Assembly: GCA_016748015.1 (NCBI GenBank)
Contig: JAAOMT010000073.1
Span: 1 to 64,000 of the forward strand
Direction: 5' to 3'
Origin: Geosiphon pyriformis uo1
Lineage: Eukaryota; Fungi; Glomeromycota
DNA length: 64,000 bases
The notes beneath the pieces were generated by a model. It had not been told where the DNA came from. It saw only the letters and a list, made by a program, of their open reading frames with translations, and ran no database searches. Positions 49,615 through 63,361 of the stretch are shown in pieces. The position numbers were made by a program, and so were the translations under genes. Position 1 is the stretch's first letter. Each line of letters starts with the position of its first letter.

Positions 49615-52600
49615 CAAAAAACTTCTTTCTTTCTTATATCCACAAATCCTCAAAAAGCATTTTTTCTGAAAAGAAGTTTTTTTTTTTTTTGTTAGTATTT
49701 CACAATTTTTATCTCTAATAACCCATTTTTCGTGGACTTGGAGACTGCTTCTAGTGATAACATGTCTAAAACAAAGACACCAAAAGGTATTTTTTATGGT
49801 TCTACAGATGGCTCTTTCTTACAGAAAAAAAAAGTTGTGCTTGGAAATATTAAACACTCTGGTAACAAAAAGGATATCTCTCTGAACAAGATTGAGCTTG
49901 GTGGCAATGTGTTTTCTAATGTGGATAGTTTGTCTAGTAATGAAGAAGGTGCTAATATGGCTGACATCAATATTGGATCTCTTTTGAGTTTGGCTGCCAA
50001 CACTCTTAAAGTAAAGCATGTTAATACTGGTGCTGTTTTTGGCTCACCACTTGATTCTCCCAATTTTAGCATGGATAATAATAAAGAAGTGTCTCTTTCT
50101 TCTTGTATCTTAATTTCTCTGAAAAAAAAGTGGGTTGACCCCAAAATCATCAAAACTCAGGTGGAGGTCTCAGTTAAGAAATTTTTTGCTTTAGATATTA
50201 ATTTCTTAGTTGTGAAAGGGAAATTGGTGATGACAAAAACCCAACTCATCAGAAAAATCTTTTCAATAATTAATGGTTTTGAGGAGATTATCAGATCTAT
50301 CTTTACTTCAGAAAAAAGCATGGAATTGGCTGTATCATTGGCCAGAAAAAAAGAGATCAACATAAACAGCAATTTCAAGAGACAAGGAATTCATTCAGAT
50401 CGGGCTGTGGTCATCAAAAAAATTTCTATGGACATGCCAAAAGAAATGATTGTCACTGCACTGGCTGAGTTTGGTGAAATTAAGTCAATCAAAATTCAAC
50501 TTATTAGATTGTGACAAAAAGCTGTGGTGGAATTTGCTGAACTAGATTAGGCTGAACAATTGACTGCTAAATGGTCTCTTTTGATTGGTAAAGATTCAGT
50601 GCATATGGCTATGGCTGTGAGAGATCATGAAACATGGGCATCAAAAAATCAGTTCAGGGCTTTGTTGTTTACTTTGCCTATGAAAACGACTGCTCATAAT
50701 TTGGGCATTCTTTTGGAGAGAGCTGGTGGGAAAACTTGTGTTATCAATTAATTAATGAATTCTGACAACTGAGTTCACTGTGCTGTGGTTGGTTTCAAAT
50801 TTAAGGAGGAATTAAAATTTGCATATTGTACTGAGCCAATTTTTGGTGGTGTTAAGTTTTCTTAGGCTAGAATGGATTTGGTTCATTGTAAAAAGTGTGG
50901 GCACTTTGGTCATTCTGCTTTAAAGTATGACATGCCAACTGTGTCTACTTCCAGGCCCTTATATCCTGTTATAAAGATACATTCGGAGGAATGTTATCTT
51001 CAGCTGGCTAAGTTGTATGTAAAAAAAAGTGTTTCTATCTCTTATTCTGCTGCCTTTGGTGACAAGTCTTGGGTGCAAGTAATTTTGCTTGCCTCTTCTT
51101 CTGGTGGTTCTCATTTTAATTCTGGTTCTGAGTCTGGCTCTCCTTCTCCTAATATCTCAACTGATAAGGGTAACACACTAATTGCTTAAAATAACTCTTT
51201 AATTAACAGTCATTTGGCTTTGCTAGAATGTTTTTTGGAATTGTTGGCTGATCAAGTTTCAAGTATTTTATGCAGATTAAATGGTATTGAGCTGGTGCCT
51301 TTGATGTCTGTATTCCAAATTATGCCACTGGTTGTGCCTGCTTCTGTATTGTCAACTTCAGATACTGATATGGTTTTGGATGTCTTACAGCCACCTCTTC
51401 ATCTTTTTTCTCCAGTTGCAGAAGAAAAGGTAGTAAATTTGGGTCTGAGCAGTTCAAAGCTTCTTACTTCCAAAGTTGGCAGTTTGGAATCTAAGATGGT
51501 GGCTCTTGAAGTTTTTATTAACTCAATTTTGGGGAAGTTAGATCTGTTGTGTATAAATTCAGGTTCTTTGGTATATCTTTCACATCAATAAGTAAGCTCA
51601 TCTGAAAAGTGGCTACATGTAATATTAGGAGTATATCAAATTTAGCTAAACAGGAAGACATTGTTTGTTGGCATAAAGATTTGGGTAACATGATTTCTAT
51701 TGTTACTGAAACAAAATTGAGGTTTAATATTAGGCCTTGGATTATAAGTAAGTTTAATGGGATTCAGATTTTTACTACTGGACTGGATATTGGGTTTTAT
51801 GGTACTAGAGTTGCTGTAATCATGAACAATTGTTTGGCATGACATGTGTCAAAGATGGAGGAGATGTCTGGTCATCTGATTTCTGTGTGTCTTTTGTTTA
51901 AAAACAAGCTTTCAGTTACAATTTTGGATTTGTATGCTGATGTGTCTATTGGCACACGTTTTGGTTAAGCTGCTGATATTAATTCTATGGTTTTTAAGAC
52001 AGTCAATTCCAGCTCTTTTGTGATTTTGGGTGGAAACTTTAATGAGAATGGTTCTGGTAAAAGTGCAAGTTTCAAGTTCTGTTTGGGTTTGGATCTGGCT
52101 AACACTTTTGATGAACACTTACTGGTCAAAGCTTCCATCTGGTGCAATTTTAGAGGTGTTGAAAAAGTGATCAATTTCATCCTAGTGAGTGAGAATTTGG
52201 CATCCACTATTGCATCGCATAAAGTCGATAATATGTCTGAGTTTTTTAATACAGATCATAAGTTAGTTTCAGTTTTAATTGAATTAGATGAACTACTGGA
52301 TGCCTATCTTACTAGCATTCACAGGCAAGCCAACTGAGACCAATGGAAGTTCAAATTGGGAAATACAAATAATATCCAGTGGTTGGGCTTTAAAAACCAT
52401 TCATCTGCTGAGTTGTTGATTAAGTCAAAAACATTTGAGAGGGTAAGAAGCAATAATGACTTAAATACAATGTGAATAATATTAAAAAAAGCCATAATAC
52501 AAGCTGCTAGTACAGTTTTCTCTAAGATTTGGTATAGTGAGTATGATTGTTCAAGGAACAAACAATCTTTAAAATTCTTTAAATTGGAAATGCTTGTTGC

Positions 52601-52994
52601 AAAGATTGTGAAATATTGGAATTTTGGTAATCTATTGAATTTCAACTGCCTTATAAAGATCTGGCTAGCTATTAATGAAGTTAAAGCTTTTAAGGTTGAT
52701 AGTATGGTTTTGAACAGTGTGAGCTCGATGAATTTAATTAAACATTTGTCAGTGGTAAGAAAAAAGTATCAGAAATCTAAATATTGTGAGTCTAAGGTTG
52801 CTAAAGATACTACTATAAGAAAAATGATTGATTGTCATATAGAAAACTTCTGTTCTAACAAAGAGAAGATGATAAAAAACATTCTGGAGCATTCATTTTG
52901 CAAGGTAGTTTTGGATCACTTGATGGTAGATGATGAGATGGTAGTTGAGCCTAATGAAGTAAAGCTTAAGGTTGATGAAATTATGGAAGGGTGG
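49615..52994 (+). mobile_element. LINE D: 5' part (5' hairpin, ORF1 ~49732-51591, ORF2 endonuclease region) interrupted by an LTR insertion
   Basis: CKKCGHFGHS knuckle; ATCNIRS, TETKL, LGGNFN and TDHKLV endonuclease motifs; ends at VDEIMEGW where an LTR begins. Confidence 0.9.
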
Positions 52995-53202
52995 TGTTAC
53001 AGTTGAATATTTGGAGTCTCAAGTCAAATAACAAACCCGTAACTTGGTGCTCAAAAGCTATTTCCATTGATGATGTTCTAAAAGTGTTGTATCTGAAGGT
53101 TTTGATGGAGTCCTTTGTATAATGAACAGAGATTCAATAATGCGGCAATTTGTCATTTGTTGTCAGTTGTTTTCCTAATTTCTTTTTCAACTTGGTGGCC
53201 AG
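52995..53202 (-). mobile_element. U5 end of LTR 3, which is split by element 2
   Basis: TGTTAC terminus after GTGG; U5 homology including TTGGTGCTC. Confidence 0.85.
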
Positions 53203-54079
53203 TGTTACAGGTAACAATTTCTGGTGTTGAATTAAATACAAATCCATAACTTGGTGCTTAAAGCTATTCTTATTGTCAATGATCTGAAGGTTTGATATCT
53301 GAAGATTTTGTATTTGAAGGGTTTGGTTGAGTTCTTTGTATAATGGACAGAGATTCAATGGTGATAGTTTTATTCATAGCTTCCCGAAACTGCAGTTTCG
53401 TCAATTTTTTTCTCAGCTTGATGGCTGGTATTTCTCCTGGTAAGCTATCCTTAATTGAGTGTTTTACTCTTATTTCTGGGTCTTTTACCAGTCATGTTTA
53501 TCCTGACGTTAGTGCCTCATGCATTAATCCTCAATAGAATTAGTAAACAACAATAAAATCAAAGCAAAAAAATAAAGAAAAGAAAATAAAATAAAGAAAG
53601 AAAAGAAATAAGCCAAGACAATTTACAAGTTAGTATTCTGTCAATAGCTGTGATCAAGAGCTATTGTTCTAGTGTGGTTAAGTATCAATTACTATCAACA
53701 TAAAGTGTTAATAGTGGAAATAGGTTTTGAGATAACAAATAGTTATTTATTAGATGCTTGTGGTTTAGAGAGTTGCTTAGATTAAATCTAAACTAAAAGG
53801 TCTGTCTTTTCAGCTTCTAATCCTGCTGCTATATATACATAATTGAGATTCCTCAATTCCTTGATTCTTCACAACAAGAATCCTGGAATTCCTAGAATCC
53901 TATGATTCTTTTGAGAGGAATTCTGGAATTCTGGAATCCTGCGATTCCTTGTCGGGAATTCTGAAATTCCTGAAATCCTGCAATTCCTGAAAGGAATCCT
54001 GAAATTTCACATTTACTATGCCTACTTCTGATTGGCTAATAATCATGTTAATATATTTCCTATATTTCTATGAGTAATA
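53203..54079 (-). repeat. 3' LTR of element 2
   Basis: Repeat of 62520-63357 with extra U3 repeat units. Confidence 0.95.
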
Positions 54080-54092
54080 TTATTTTCTTTTT

Positions 54093-54722
54093 TTAATATT
54101 AAGCTCTGTCGAAATCCAACTCATTTAATTCCCCCTCTTGAAGTATTTCCTGGATTTTGTTTTCGAGAATTATTTGTGTTATTTGTGTCTGTAATTCTTC
54201 AAATTGAGCATTGATGATCTTTCCCAATTGATTACTGGTAATCATATCTATTGCTTTGTTGAGTAATATTTCTGGTCTATCCTGAAATGCTGTGTGTATT
54301 CGGTATATAGCTCAGGTCTGTGTGGATAAGTTGTTCTTTCCCATAAAATGTTTTAATTGTTGTAGTATTTTTCTGTCGAATAATCACTTTGTTTTATCCA
54401 TATATAGATTCTGGATATTTATGTGTTGTCTCAAGTAAAAATAACAATAGTTTTGTGGAAATTGTTGTATCCACCAATTCCAAGTTTCTTTAGTCAACTC
54501 TTGATATAGTGACTCTTTTGTCAACTCTCTTATTGCTAATTTTACTTTCACAATGATTTTGTCCACAGTATTTTCAGTTTTTTTCTGTGTTCTGAGTTGC
54601 AATGTCTTTCTAGTATCTTGATATCAAATGGTTTGTTGATTGATTGTAATCTCCATTTCCTGGTGTTAGATCAATTGAAAGAGTTGTTGTGCTAGTGAGT
54701 GAATATTGTCTGTAATTTCCAT
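54093..54722 (-). pseudogene. Extra 3' ORF of element 2 (~209 aa)
   Basis: MEITDNIHSLAQQLFQ...WIQQFPQNYCYFYL...DFDRA; homologous to 14311-14946. Confidence 0.8.
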
Positions 54723-54776
54723 TTTTTTAATATTTTCTGTCACGTTTACCATGTCTTTATATATTCTTTTGATGGA

Positions 54777-56159
54777 TCAATTTGACATGTTGTTGTCAAT
54801 AATAATAATTGGTTCCAGATCTTGTGGAATCTGATCTGGTTGGACTAGTATTCTCTGTACTCTTAATTGTGGAATATTACTGGTGGATGGTGGTATGGTG
54901 TTGTGGTATGGTTTTAGTCGATCTCTATGTGCTGCTTTGGTTAAGATTTTGTTGTTCAGTCTTAATTTGTAAGCTCTATTCCCTAAAATTTCTTCTATGT
55001 GAAATGGTTCATTCCATTTGGGGTCAAATTTTCCATTCCATTGTTTTTCCGCTTTGGTACAATGTAAAAGTACTTTGTCTCCAATCTTGAATTCAACTGG
55101 TTTGTCTGGTAGTTGATTATCATGTTTTTTTTTCTGTTTCTCTTGTGACTTTTGTATGTTATCAGCTGCTCTTCTTCGTTTGTTTTCCAATGTTTCCATT
55201 AAGTCATATGTTCTTCTTAACAATGTTTCTTGGAAATTCTCTTTTGTTATTGGTTCAGTTGGATATGTGTTGACCTCTATTTCTACTGGTAATGTTGCTG
55301 TTTTACCATATACTAATTCAAATGGTGTTGCTTGTGTAGTGTTTTGTTTCATTGTTCAATAAGCAAATAGTACTGCTGGTATCAACATGTCCCAATTGTT
55401 CTGGTTTTCTTGACTGAGCTTAGCTATTGCTTTAAACAATGTTCTGTTGAATCTTTCAACTAATCCGTTGGTTTGTGGATGGTATAGTAATAATAGTGGT
55501 CTCTTAATTTCGAATCTTTGGCTCAATTCTGTTAATGTTCTGTTCACAAAATGAGTTTCTTGGTCTGATAATAATTCCTTTGGACATCTGTGTTGACAAA
55601 TTAAATCTTGATGAACAAATTCGGCAATGGATTTTGCATCTGCTCTTTGAATTGCTTTCACCTTTGGCCATTTAGTGAGATAGTCCATGGCTACTGCTAT
55701 GTACCTGTTTCCTCTTCTGGTGATTGTTAATGGTCTGACTAGATCAATTCTAATATGGTTAAATGGTTGTTCTACTTTGATTGGTCTTAATAGTTCACTG
55801 GGTTTCATACCTCCTTTTTGCTGACAAGCATCACAATTTTGAACATATTGGATGATGTCTGGATACATTGATGGTCAATAGTATTTTTTTCTGGTTCTTT
55901 CCATGGTTGCTTCTTTGTAAAAATGTCCTGCTGTTGGATTTGAGTGCATGTTGAATAATATTGTCTCTTTTTCTGGCTCTGTAATTACTCTGGTTGGTTG
56001 TTTTAGATCTTTTCTATTTTTCTAATAAAGTATATTTTGGTGAGTGATAAAATATTTTGATTGTTGTTTGATACTCTTTTGTTCCGTTTGAGATAAATTC
56101 TCCTTGAACTGTTAAGTGTTTATATAATGTAGCAATTGTTGATATTTTTGTATGTTCAT
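54777..56159 (-). pseudogene. Integrase of element 2, separate ORF starting MNIQKYQQL
   Basis: ATG at 56159 lies 62 nt after the RNase H stop; HHCC, DDE and GPF-type motifs present. Confidence 0.9.
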
Positions 56160-56221
56160 CTTTTGTTATATTTTTTGTTGGTATTGTTCTGGTTTTGTTA
56201 TATTTTTGGGTTGAAATATTC

Positions 56222-59200
56222 TTAGATTTGTCTCATTTGCAACAAACTGTTAGCATTTCCATTGTCTTTTTCTTTTTTATAATGTATAGTATAATTATAT
56301 GGTACAAGTGCCATTTTCCATCTTGATTGTCTTCTATCTCCAAATTCTTGTTTTTGAAGTGATGTTAATTTTTTGTGATCTGTGTATACTTCAAACTTCT
56401 GGCTCAAGTATTCTTTCTATTTCATAACTGCCCAGTATATTGCTAAGTGTTCTTGTTTCAGTGTTCCATAGTTCTTTTTGGCTGGTATTAAACCTCTGCT
56501 GGCATATGCTACTGGATGTTCCCTGCCATCTGGTCCTCTCTAAGATAGTACTGCTTCCAATGCTTGGCTGGATGCATCGGTGGTGATGATGAATGGTTTG
56601 CTGTAATCTGGATAGATCAGTACTGGAGCTTGAATGAGCTTTCTTCTCAGAATATCAAAAGCTTTTTTTTGACTTTCTGTCCATTCATATTTTGTATTCT
56701 TGGTTTGCAGTTGATTGAGTGGCTGCGCTATCTTGGAAAAGTTCTTGATAAAACATTGATAATAGCTGGCAAATCCTAAGAATGATTTTAGTTCTGTCAT
56801 ATTTGTCAGCACTGGAAAGTTTTTTACTATCTTTATTTTCTTTGAATCTGTTTTGATGCCGTCTTTGCTAACTATGTGTCCCAAGAATTTTAGTTTTGTT
56901 TTGCCAAAAAAACACTTTGTTGCATTTAACTTTAGTTCTGCTCTTCTTAGTCTTTCGAACACTTGTTGAAGATAATGAAAATGATCATCAAATGTTTTTG
57001 AGAATACATTGGTGTCATCCAAGTATACAACTACTGATTTTCACAATAAGCCAGTATAAACAATTTCCATTAACCATTGGAAAGTGGCTGGTGCATTGGT
57101 TAAGCCGAAGGGCATTACTTTAAATTCGAAATTCTCTTCTCTAGTAGTAAATGCCGTCTTCTCCTTGTCGGCTGGATCCATGGCTACTTGCCAGTAATCA
57201 CTATCTAAGTCTAATGTTGAGAACCATTTGTTTCTACCAAAAGTGTCAAATAGTTCTTGTATCTGTGGAGTTGGATAGCTGTCTTCACGAGTTACACTAT
57301 TTAGTTTCCTGTAGTCTACACAAAATCGGATCTTTCCATTCTTCTTTCAGACAAGTACTACTGATGATGACTATGAGCTCATTAATGGCTGAATTAATCC
57401 ATTGTCAAGCATTTGGTTGATTTCTTGACAATGATTTCATGGCTAGCTGGTAGTACTCTGTATGCTTGCTGTTTAATTGGCATTATATCTCCAGTCTTGA
57501 TTTGATGTTGGATGATATCAGTTTTGCCAAATTCGTTTTCGCTGGCAAAGATGTCATTGAAATTGTTGAGTAACATCTTGAGCTGCATATGTTGTAGTGA
57601 GTTTAGATTTCCCATGTTCATTTGTTCTAATTGTTCTGGTTGGAGCAAATAACATTTGTCTCGTCCATAGATTGTTTGTGATGTAATGTTGACATATCCA
57701 CAAAGCTGTGAAAAGTCTGGAATGGGGTTTGGTGGTTGATTCTCTATTTCAGTGTTTAAGTATCCCATGGTAGTTCTGGCTGGTATTACTATGACATTTC
57801 CTGTGTTGTTGTAGATGGGAATTTTGATGTGGCTGTAATCTTTGGCTGGTATGTAGAGATTGATGAGTCCAATCTCTTCTGATTTGCAAAGGGTCGGTTC
57901 TGCTTCAAAAATCTGATTCTGTTCTTTTTCCTTCCTTTCTATTGCTAGCATGTACTGGCTATATAATGGAATAGAAATAGCTTGACTGGTTGAGATAATT
58001 TCTCCTTGGCCAACAATTTCTTCCTCCATTATATTAACTGGTACATCTATTCTACCTGTTGATCCAAATCCTTGTATCCCTCTTGCTGTTATCCTTAATT
58101 CCTCCTTTGTTCTTACTAACACTAAGCTAGCTACTTTGACTAGTGGCAGGAATATGGCCTGTGCTATCTTTTTATTTGGCTCAATAGTGTAAGCCTTTTT
58201 TGAGTCATTTTATAGCATGGCACTGATATTTTTTGTATATTCTGCATCCATTATTCCCCCTCTAATATTAATCTTTTTTTTCGCTAAACTACTCCTAAAC
58301 ACTAACAGAACCATGGTTGTTGCTGGGATCTCTAAAGCTATTCTCAGATCAATGCATACTCATGCGTTTGGCTCCAATTTGATGGCATTTTTTCTTGGAT
58401 ATCTCAAATCAAACCCTGCATCAGTATCATGCATGCATTCTGACATAATACTTTCCCTATTGTCACTATACCATTTCAACTCCTGCTCCTTGGAGAGATT
58501 TGGTAGTACAATATATTGTTCATAGTTTATATCAGAGTTTGGATCTGAGTTGGAATCATTGTTGTTGTCATTGTCATTTTGAATGAAGCTTAAACTGTTG
58601 TTGTCGTCATCATTGTCAAAGTTTGAATTATGATTGATTGATGATTTTGATTCTGATATGCAATTGCTGATTGGTTCTTCCTCTTCAGGGATCGTGTAGA
58701 TTATGTGTGGTGGTGGATTGTAAATAAAGTCACACTTATTACAATATTGAAAGTCACATGGAATTAAACAATGGTTACATAGTTGAGTGTTTATTTCTTC
58801 CAATCTTTGTTCCTACTCTTTTCTGGTGGGTGCTAAGTTTTGATAGTGTTCATGAAATTCTTCTAGACTGTTTTCTAAGTTGAGAAAGGTGTCCGGGTTG
58901 AGAACCAAAACAATGTCTGTTGGTTCTGGAGGGTTGTTCTTGATCTCCAGAATCTCACTGGGCAAAGCACCCTTTACTTTGGCATTGGTCATTCGCCAGA
59001 TTTTATCTTCATCATGTGAATAACCTTCTAAGCGAGAGATTGTTTGGTGCTAGGCAGCTGTTATTGGCATGCTGTGACTCACCCAATTGCTAATAAGGAT
59101 CGTGTATTGACATGAAGTGTCACACATTCCTCTTTGACCAGGAATGTTGTTCCACATTCTTTTGTTGAGTAACTGTTCACTGCAAGCGAAACATGGTTTA

Positions 59201-62200
59201 TTGTCCCACTTGCCTTGTTATTTTGGGTAACCATAGCATTTTCTATGGTATGGTTTGCAGTAGTAATGGGTTCGCATCCAGTAGTCTTCATCTGGTGCGA
59301 TCTATGCTCTCATGGAAGAGAGTTTCTTCTTACAGTCTTGACATTTTAAGGGAATATAAGATGGCTCCTTCACTGGCTCACATAAGTATTCTCTTTCCCA
59401 GCCACTGGTTATTTTTTCTGTGGCTTCATCAGCTTTTCCAGATAAGTCTTCTTTTTTCTTTTTTTCTTTCCCTTTTTTTTCCCAGCTGGTTGGCATTGCT
59501 TTGTTTTTGTTGTCGTTATTCCAGGCATCAATAGTGATCTCCCAGATATGTTCTTCTGTTTCTGTTCTTTTTTTCTTTACATTGTTCCTTTTTTCCCAGT
59601 CTAGAATTGGCGGTAGCTCATTGTGCTCAACATCGGCCCACAATACTTGATATGCCTTCCAAGTAGGCTTTGGTTTTTCTTCTTCAAAATTGATGAGTGG
59701 TATTGATGATGTGATGTTGTTAGATTTGAAATGGCCACATGTGGCCAGTACTTGCGTGTATTGGCCATTTTGGCTAAGTTGGAGTTCCTGTGTGTTTCAG
59801 TCAAGCATTGTGTTGATTTTGGACAACCAGTCATTGCCAACAAAAGCTTGGTACTGGGTTGCTTCCATTACTAATATCTTGATTGGTACAGTGATACTGT
59901 TGATTTCAATAAGTAGATCATCAATCTTGCCAATGGGAGTTTTGGTTGCTCTATCAGCTGTTATAATTCTGGTGCTGGTAGCACAATCAACTCGGTGACC
60001 TAATTGGTCCATGAATTGTTATATAATAATGCTGCCTGCTGATTCACTATCAAAAATGAGCTTGATAGAATGGCCATCAATTTTGGCATCAGTATATATC
60101 ACCATGATGGGTTTTTTCTCAATAGCGGCTCCGCTGAACAAAAAAACTCCTAATGGTTTCTCAATTTCAAATGAGAATATGGCTGCGAGTGACTCATCTT
60201 CTGTAACAGTGGCTGGTGAGATATTGCTGGTGAGTGTTAATTGTTGGTTGGATCCCGAATTGGTGTTGGTGGTATCTTCTAGGATAACCAAGAGACTTAA
60301 ATAGTTCTGGAAATTTGGGTTTTGGGTGGCACCAGTACCTGAATTCCGAGAACGTGATCCTGATGGTGAGTTGGAAGAACTGGAGATCAGTTGGTGGACA
60401 ACCATTGCTGATCTCCAGTTTTGTGTGATTCTAGGTCTGAAGTGGCTTGATGTCATATTAACTGAATTTTGGGGTGGTGTCTGAATTGATTGGGGTTGAT
60501 AAATTATTTGAAATTGCAGCTGATAGATTATTGGTGGCTGCAGTTGATAAATTTGAGGTTGATATACTGGTGGTTAATAGATTGGTGGCTGTGTCATTGG
60601 CAGGTAAATAGTTTGATCTTGATTTGGGTAATGATTCGGAGTTTGAAATCTGTGATTAAGGTTTCAATATTGATTTTCCAATCATGGATTGTTGCTATAA
60701 AATCTGCAGTCTGCTCTTATGTGTCTTTGTTTACCACAGTTGTGGCAAACACGCATTTCTGGCTGCCATGGCTGATTAGGTGCTGCTGATGATAATGATA
60801 AACACGACTGATTTTGGAAATGATTTGTGTTTCCTGGATTATTGCGTCATTGTGGTGGTTGATAAATTGCGCGATTGTCAGCTAAGTATCCCTCTAATTT
60901 CTGATTAATTGAATCACTAAATTATTTCAATTTGGAATCCAATTCAAATGATCTATTCATCACTAGGTTCACAGCATGGGCGTGATTGGCTTCTAATTCA
61001 GCAGATTCAAAATTTCTGGCATATATGACTGTATCTTGGAAAGTGGTTGGATGCAATGGGCATACGTGTTGCAGGATGCTACCACGCAGGCCACGGATGA
61101 ATTGATTGAGAATTTGTGGTGCTGTAAAATAATTAGCATCAATTGCTTGGATTTGTCACAGATTTCTATGGAAGCATCCCAGATATGTAGTAACTGCTTC
61201 AGTTTCTCCTTGTTTAATTGTAGTAAAAGTGTTGGCTAATCTATTAATGCTGTTGTTATTGCTAAAGTATCTTAAAAATTTTAGTTTGAAGGTGTTAAAA
61301 TCTTGGGGTTTGTTAACCAGGCTTTGATACCATGAGTCTGCTGTATCCTTGAGAAAATAGAGTATGGCTTGTATGACTCTGACATTATTCCATCCATTGG
61401 CTACGATGGCTTTTTTTACATCATTTAGCCAAACTTGTGCATCATCCTTTTTGCCAGTAAATTTGTTAAACTTCACGATTGGTGCGTATGCTATTTGTTG
61501 TGGTTGCTGTAGTGAAAGTTGTTGTTGTTGTTAAGGTGATACTGGAGGTGGTTGTTGATTTTGTTGGTTTGGTGTTTGGATAGGCTGGCCAATTGGTTCA
61601 ACTGGTGGTTGATTGATGACAATAACTGAAGGTAAGTGCTGATTAATTACTTTGGGGTTTTGATTTTGTGGTGTTTGAATATTTGGGGTTTTGATTTTCG
61701 GATTTTTTTGCTGAGTTTGAACATTTGGGTTTTCAAATTCCGGGTTTTCAAGGATCAGGTTTTGGTAAGTAAATTCTGGATCTTCTAATTCCTCTTCTTC
61801 TTCTTCTTCAGATAGTTTTCACAGGGTAATGGTTCCAAAGTCTGGTTGAGGCAACAGTAATCAAATTCCTGATGGTGTCGGGAATTGCAATTTAAATCCT
61901 TCAAAATATTCACTGTATGGTCCTAATAACTCTGTTTTCTTTTGTTTACTTTGGAATGGAAATCGTCCAAATGTTGATGTCGCATTTAGTGTGGACACGC
62001 CTACAGATAAAATATTAATAGTGCTTCCGAGAATGTAATAATATGATAGATATGGTGGGGATTCAATTCTTTGTTTCTTCCAGATTGGTAGTTGTATCTC
62101 TTTAAGTGTCACTGCTGGTGTTTGTAATCTTCCTTTGCTTTTATCTTGGTAAGTAATTGGATATTTTTGTTGGGTGTGATGTTTAATTTCTTTATTGATC

Positions 62201-62495
62201 TTAGTAATGATGAAGGCAAAATTGTGATTTGTTGGCAGGTTGGTATTTTGAATTAATTTTCTGTAGAAAGTTTCTCTGGCTGATTCAGTATTTACTGGTG
62301 TTTCTAACAAAGAGAAAATCTTTTCATTGATGTAGAAATTAAAGGCTAATTCAGCAGATATATGATTGTGATTTAATCCCAAGTGTTGACAATAGTATTG
62401 AAATAGGAATTTCACGAATCCTAAATGGTTTGCTCCTATGTTTTCTGATTTTGCCACTTTTGGATGGTGTTTGTTGGTGCTGGTTCTCTGTAAAA
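56222..62495 (-). pseudogene. gag-PR-Cys-rich-dUTPase-RT-RH polyprotein pseudogene of element 2
   Basis: KFTGKKDDAQVWL capsid; LIFDSESAG protease; DAGFDL and RGIQGFGST dUTPase; YLDDT RT; TTDAS RNase H. Confidence 0.92.
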
Positions 62496-62519
62496 TTATA
62501 CCTCACAGGGAGCACCAAA

Positions 62520-63357
62520 TATTACAGGTGACAATTTTTGGTGTTGAATTAAATACAAACCCGTAACTTGGTGCTCAAAGCTATTCTTGTTGTCAATAAT
62601 CTGAAGGTTTGGTATCTGAAGGTTTTGTATCTGAAGAATTTGGTTGAGTTCTTTGTATAATGAACAGAGATTCAATGGTGATAGTTTTATCCATAGCTTC
62701 CCAAAACTGCAGTTTTGTCAATTTTTTTCTCAGCTTGATGGCTGGTATTCTTCCTGGTAAGCTATCCTCAATCGAGTGTTCTATCCTTACTTCTGGGTCT
62801 TTTACCAGTCACATTTATCCTGACATCAGTACTCCATGTGTTAATCTTCAATAAAGTTAGTAAACAACAATAAAATCAAAGCAAGAAAATAAAGAAAATA
62901 AAATAAAATAAAAAAAGAAAAAAAATAAGCCAAAATAATTTGCAAGTTAGTATTCTGTCAATAGCTGTGATCAAGAACTATTGTTTCAGTGTGGTTAAGT
63001 ATCAATTACTATCAACATAAAGTGTTGATAGTGGAAATAGGTTTTGAGATAACAAATAGTTATTTATTAGATGCTTGTGATTTAGAGAGTTGCTTAAATT
63101 AAATCTAAACTAAGAGGTCTGTCTTTTCAGCTTTTAATCTTGCTACTATATATACATAATTGAGATTCCTCAATTCCTTGATTCTTCACAACAGGAATCC
63201 TGGAATTCTGGAATCCTGCAATTCCTCATCAGAGAATCCTGAAATTCCTGGAATCCTGCAATTCCTGAGAGGAATCCTGGAATTCCATATTTACTACACC
63301 TACTTCTGATTGGCTAATAATTATGCTAATATATTTCCTATATTTCTATGAGTAACA
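62520..63357 (-). repeat. 5' LTR of element 2
   Basis: Adjacent to the PBS; ends GTAACA at 63357. Confidence 0.95.
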
Positions 63358-63361
63358 CCGG

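Larger units (their letters stand above)
53203..63357 (-). mobile_element. Full-length Ty3/Gypsy element 2, related to element 1 and nested inside LTR 3
   Basis: LTRs at 53203-54079 and 62520-63357; TSD CCAG/CCGG; PBS at 62501-62517; decayed PPT at 54080-54094; same domain order as element 1. Confidence 0.96.

Noticed and set aside
53850-54005. CRISPR-like or heat-shock-element array
   Set aside because: No unique spacers or cas genes, and the context is a eukaryotic LTR U3; GAA/TTC spacing mostly does not fit nGAAnnTTCn.
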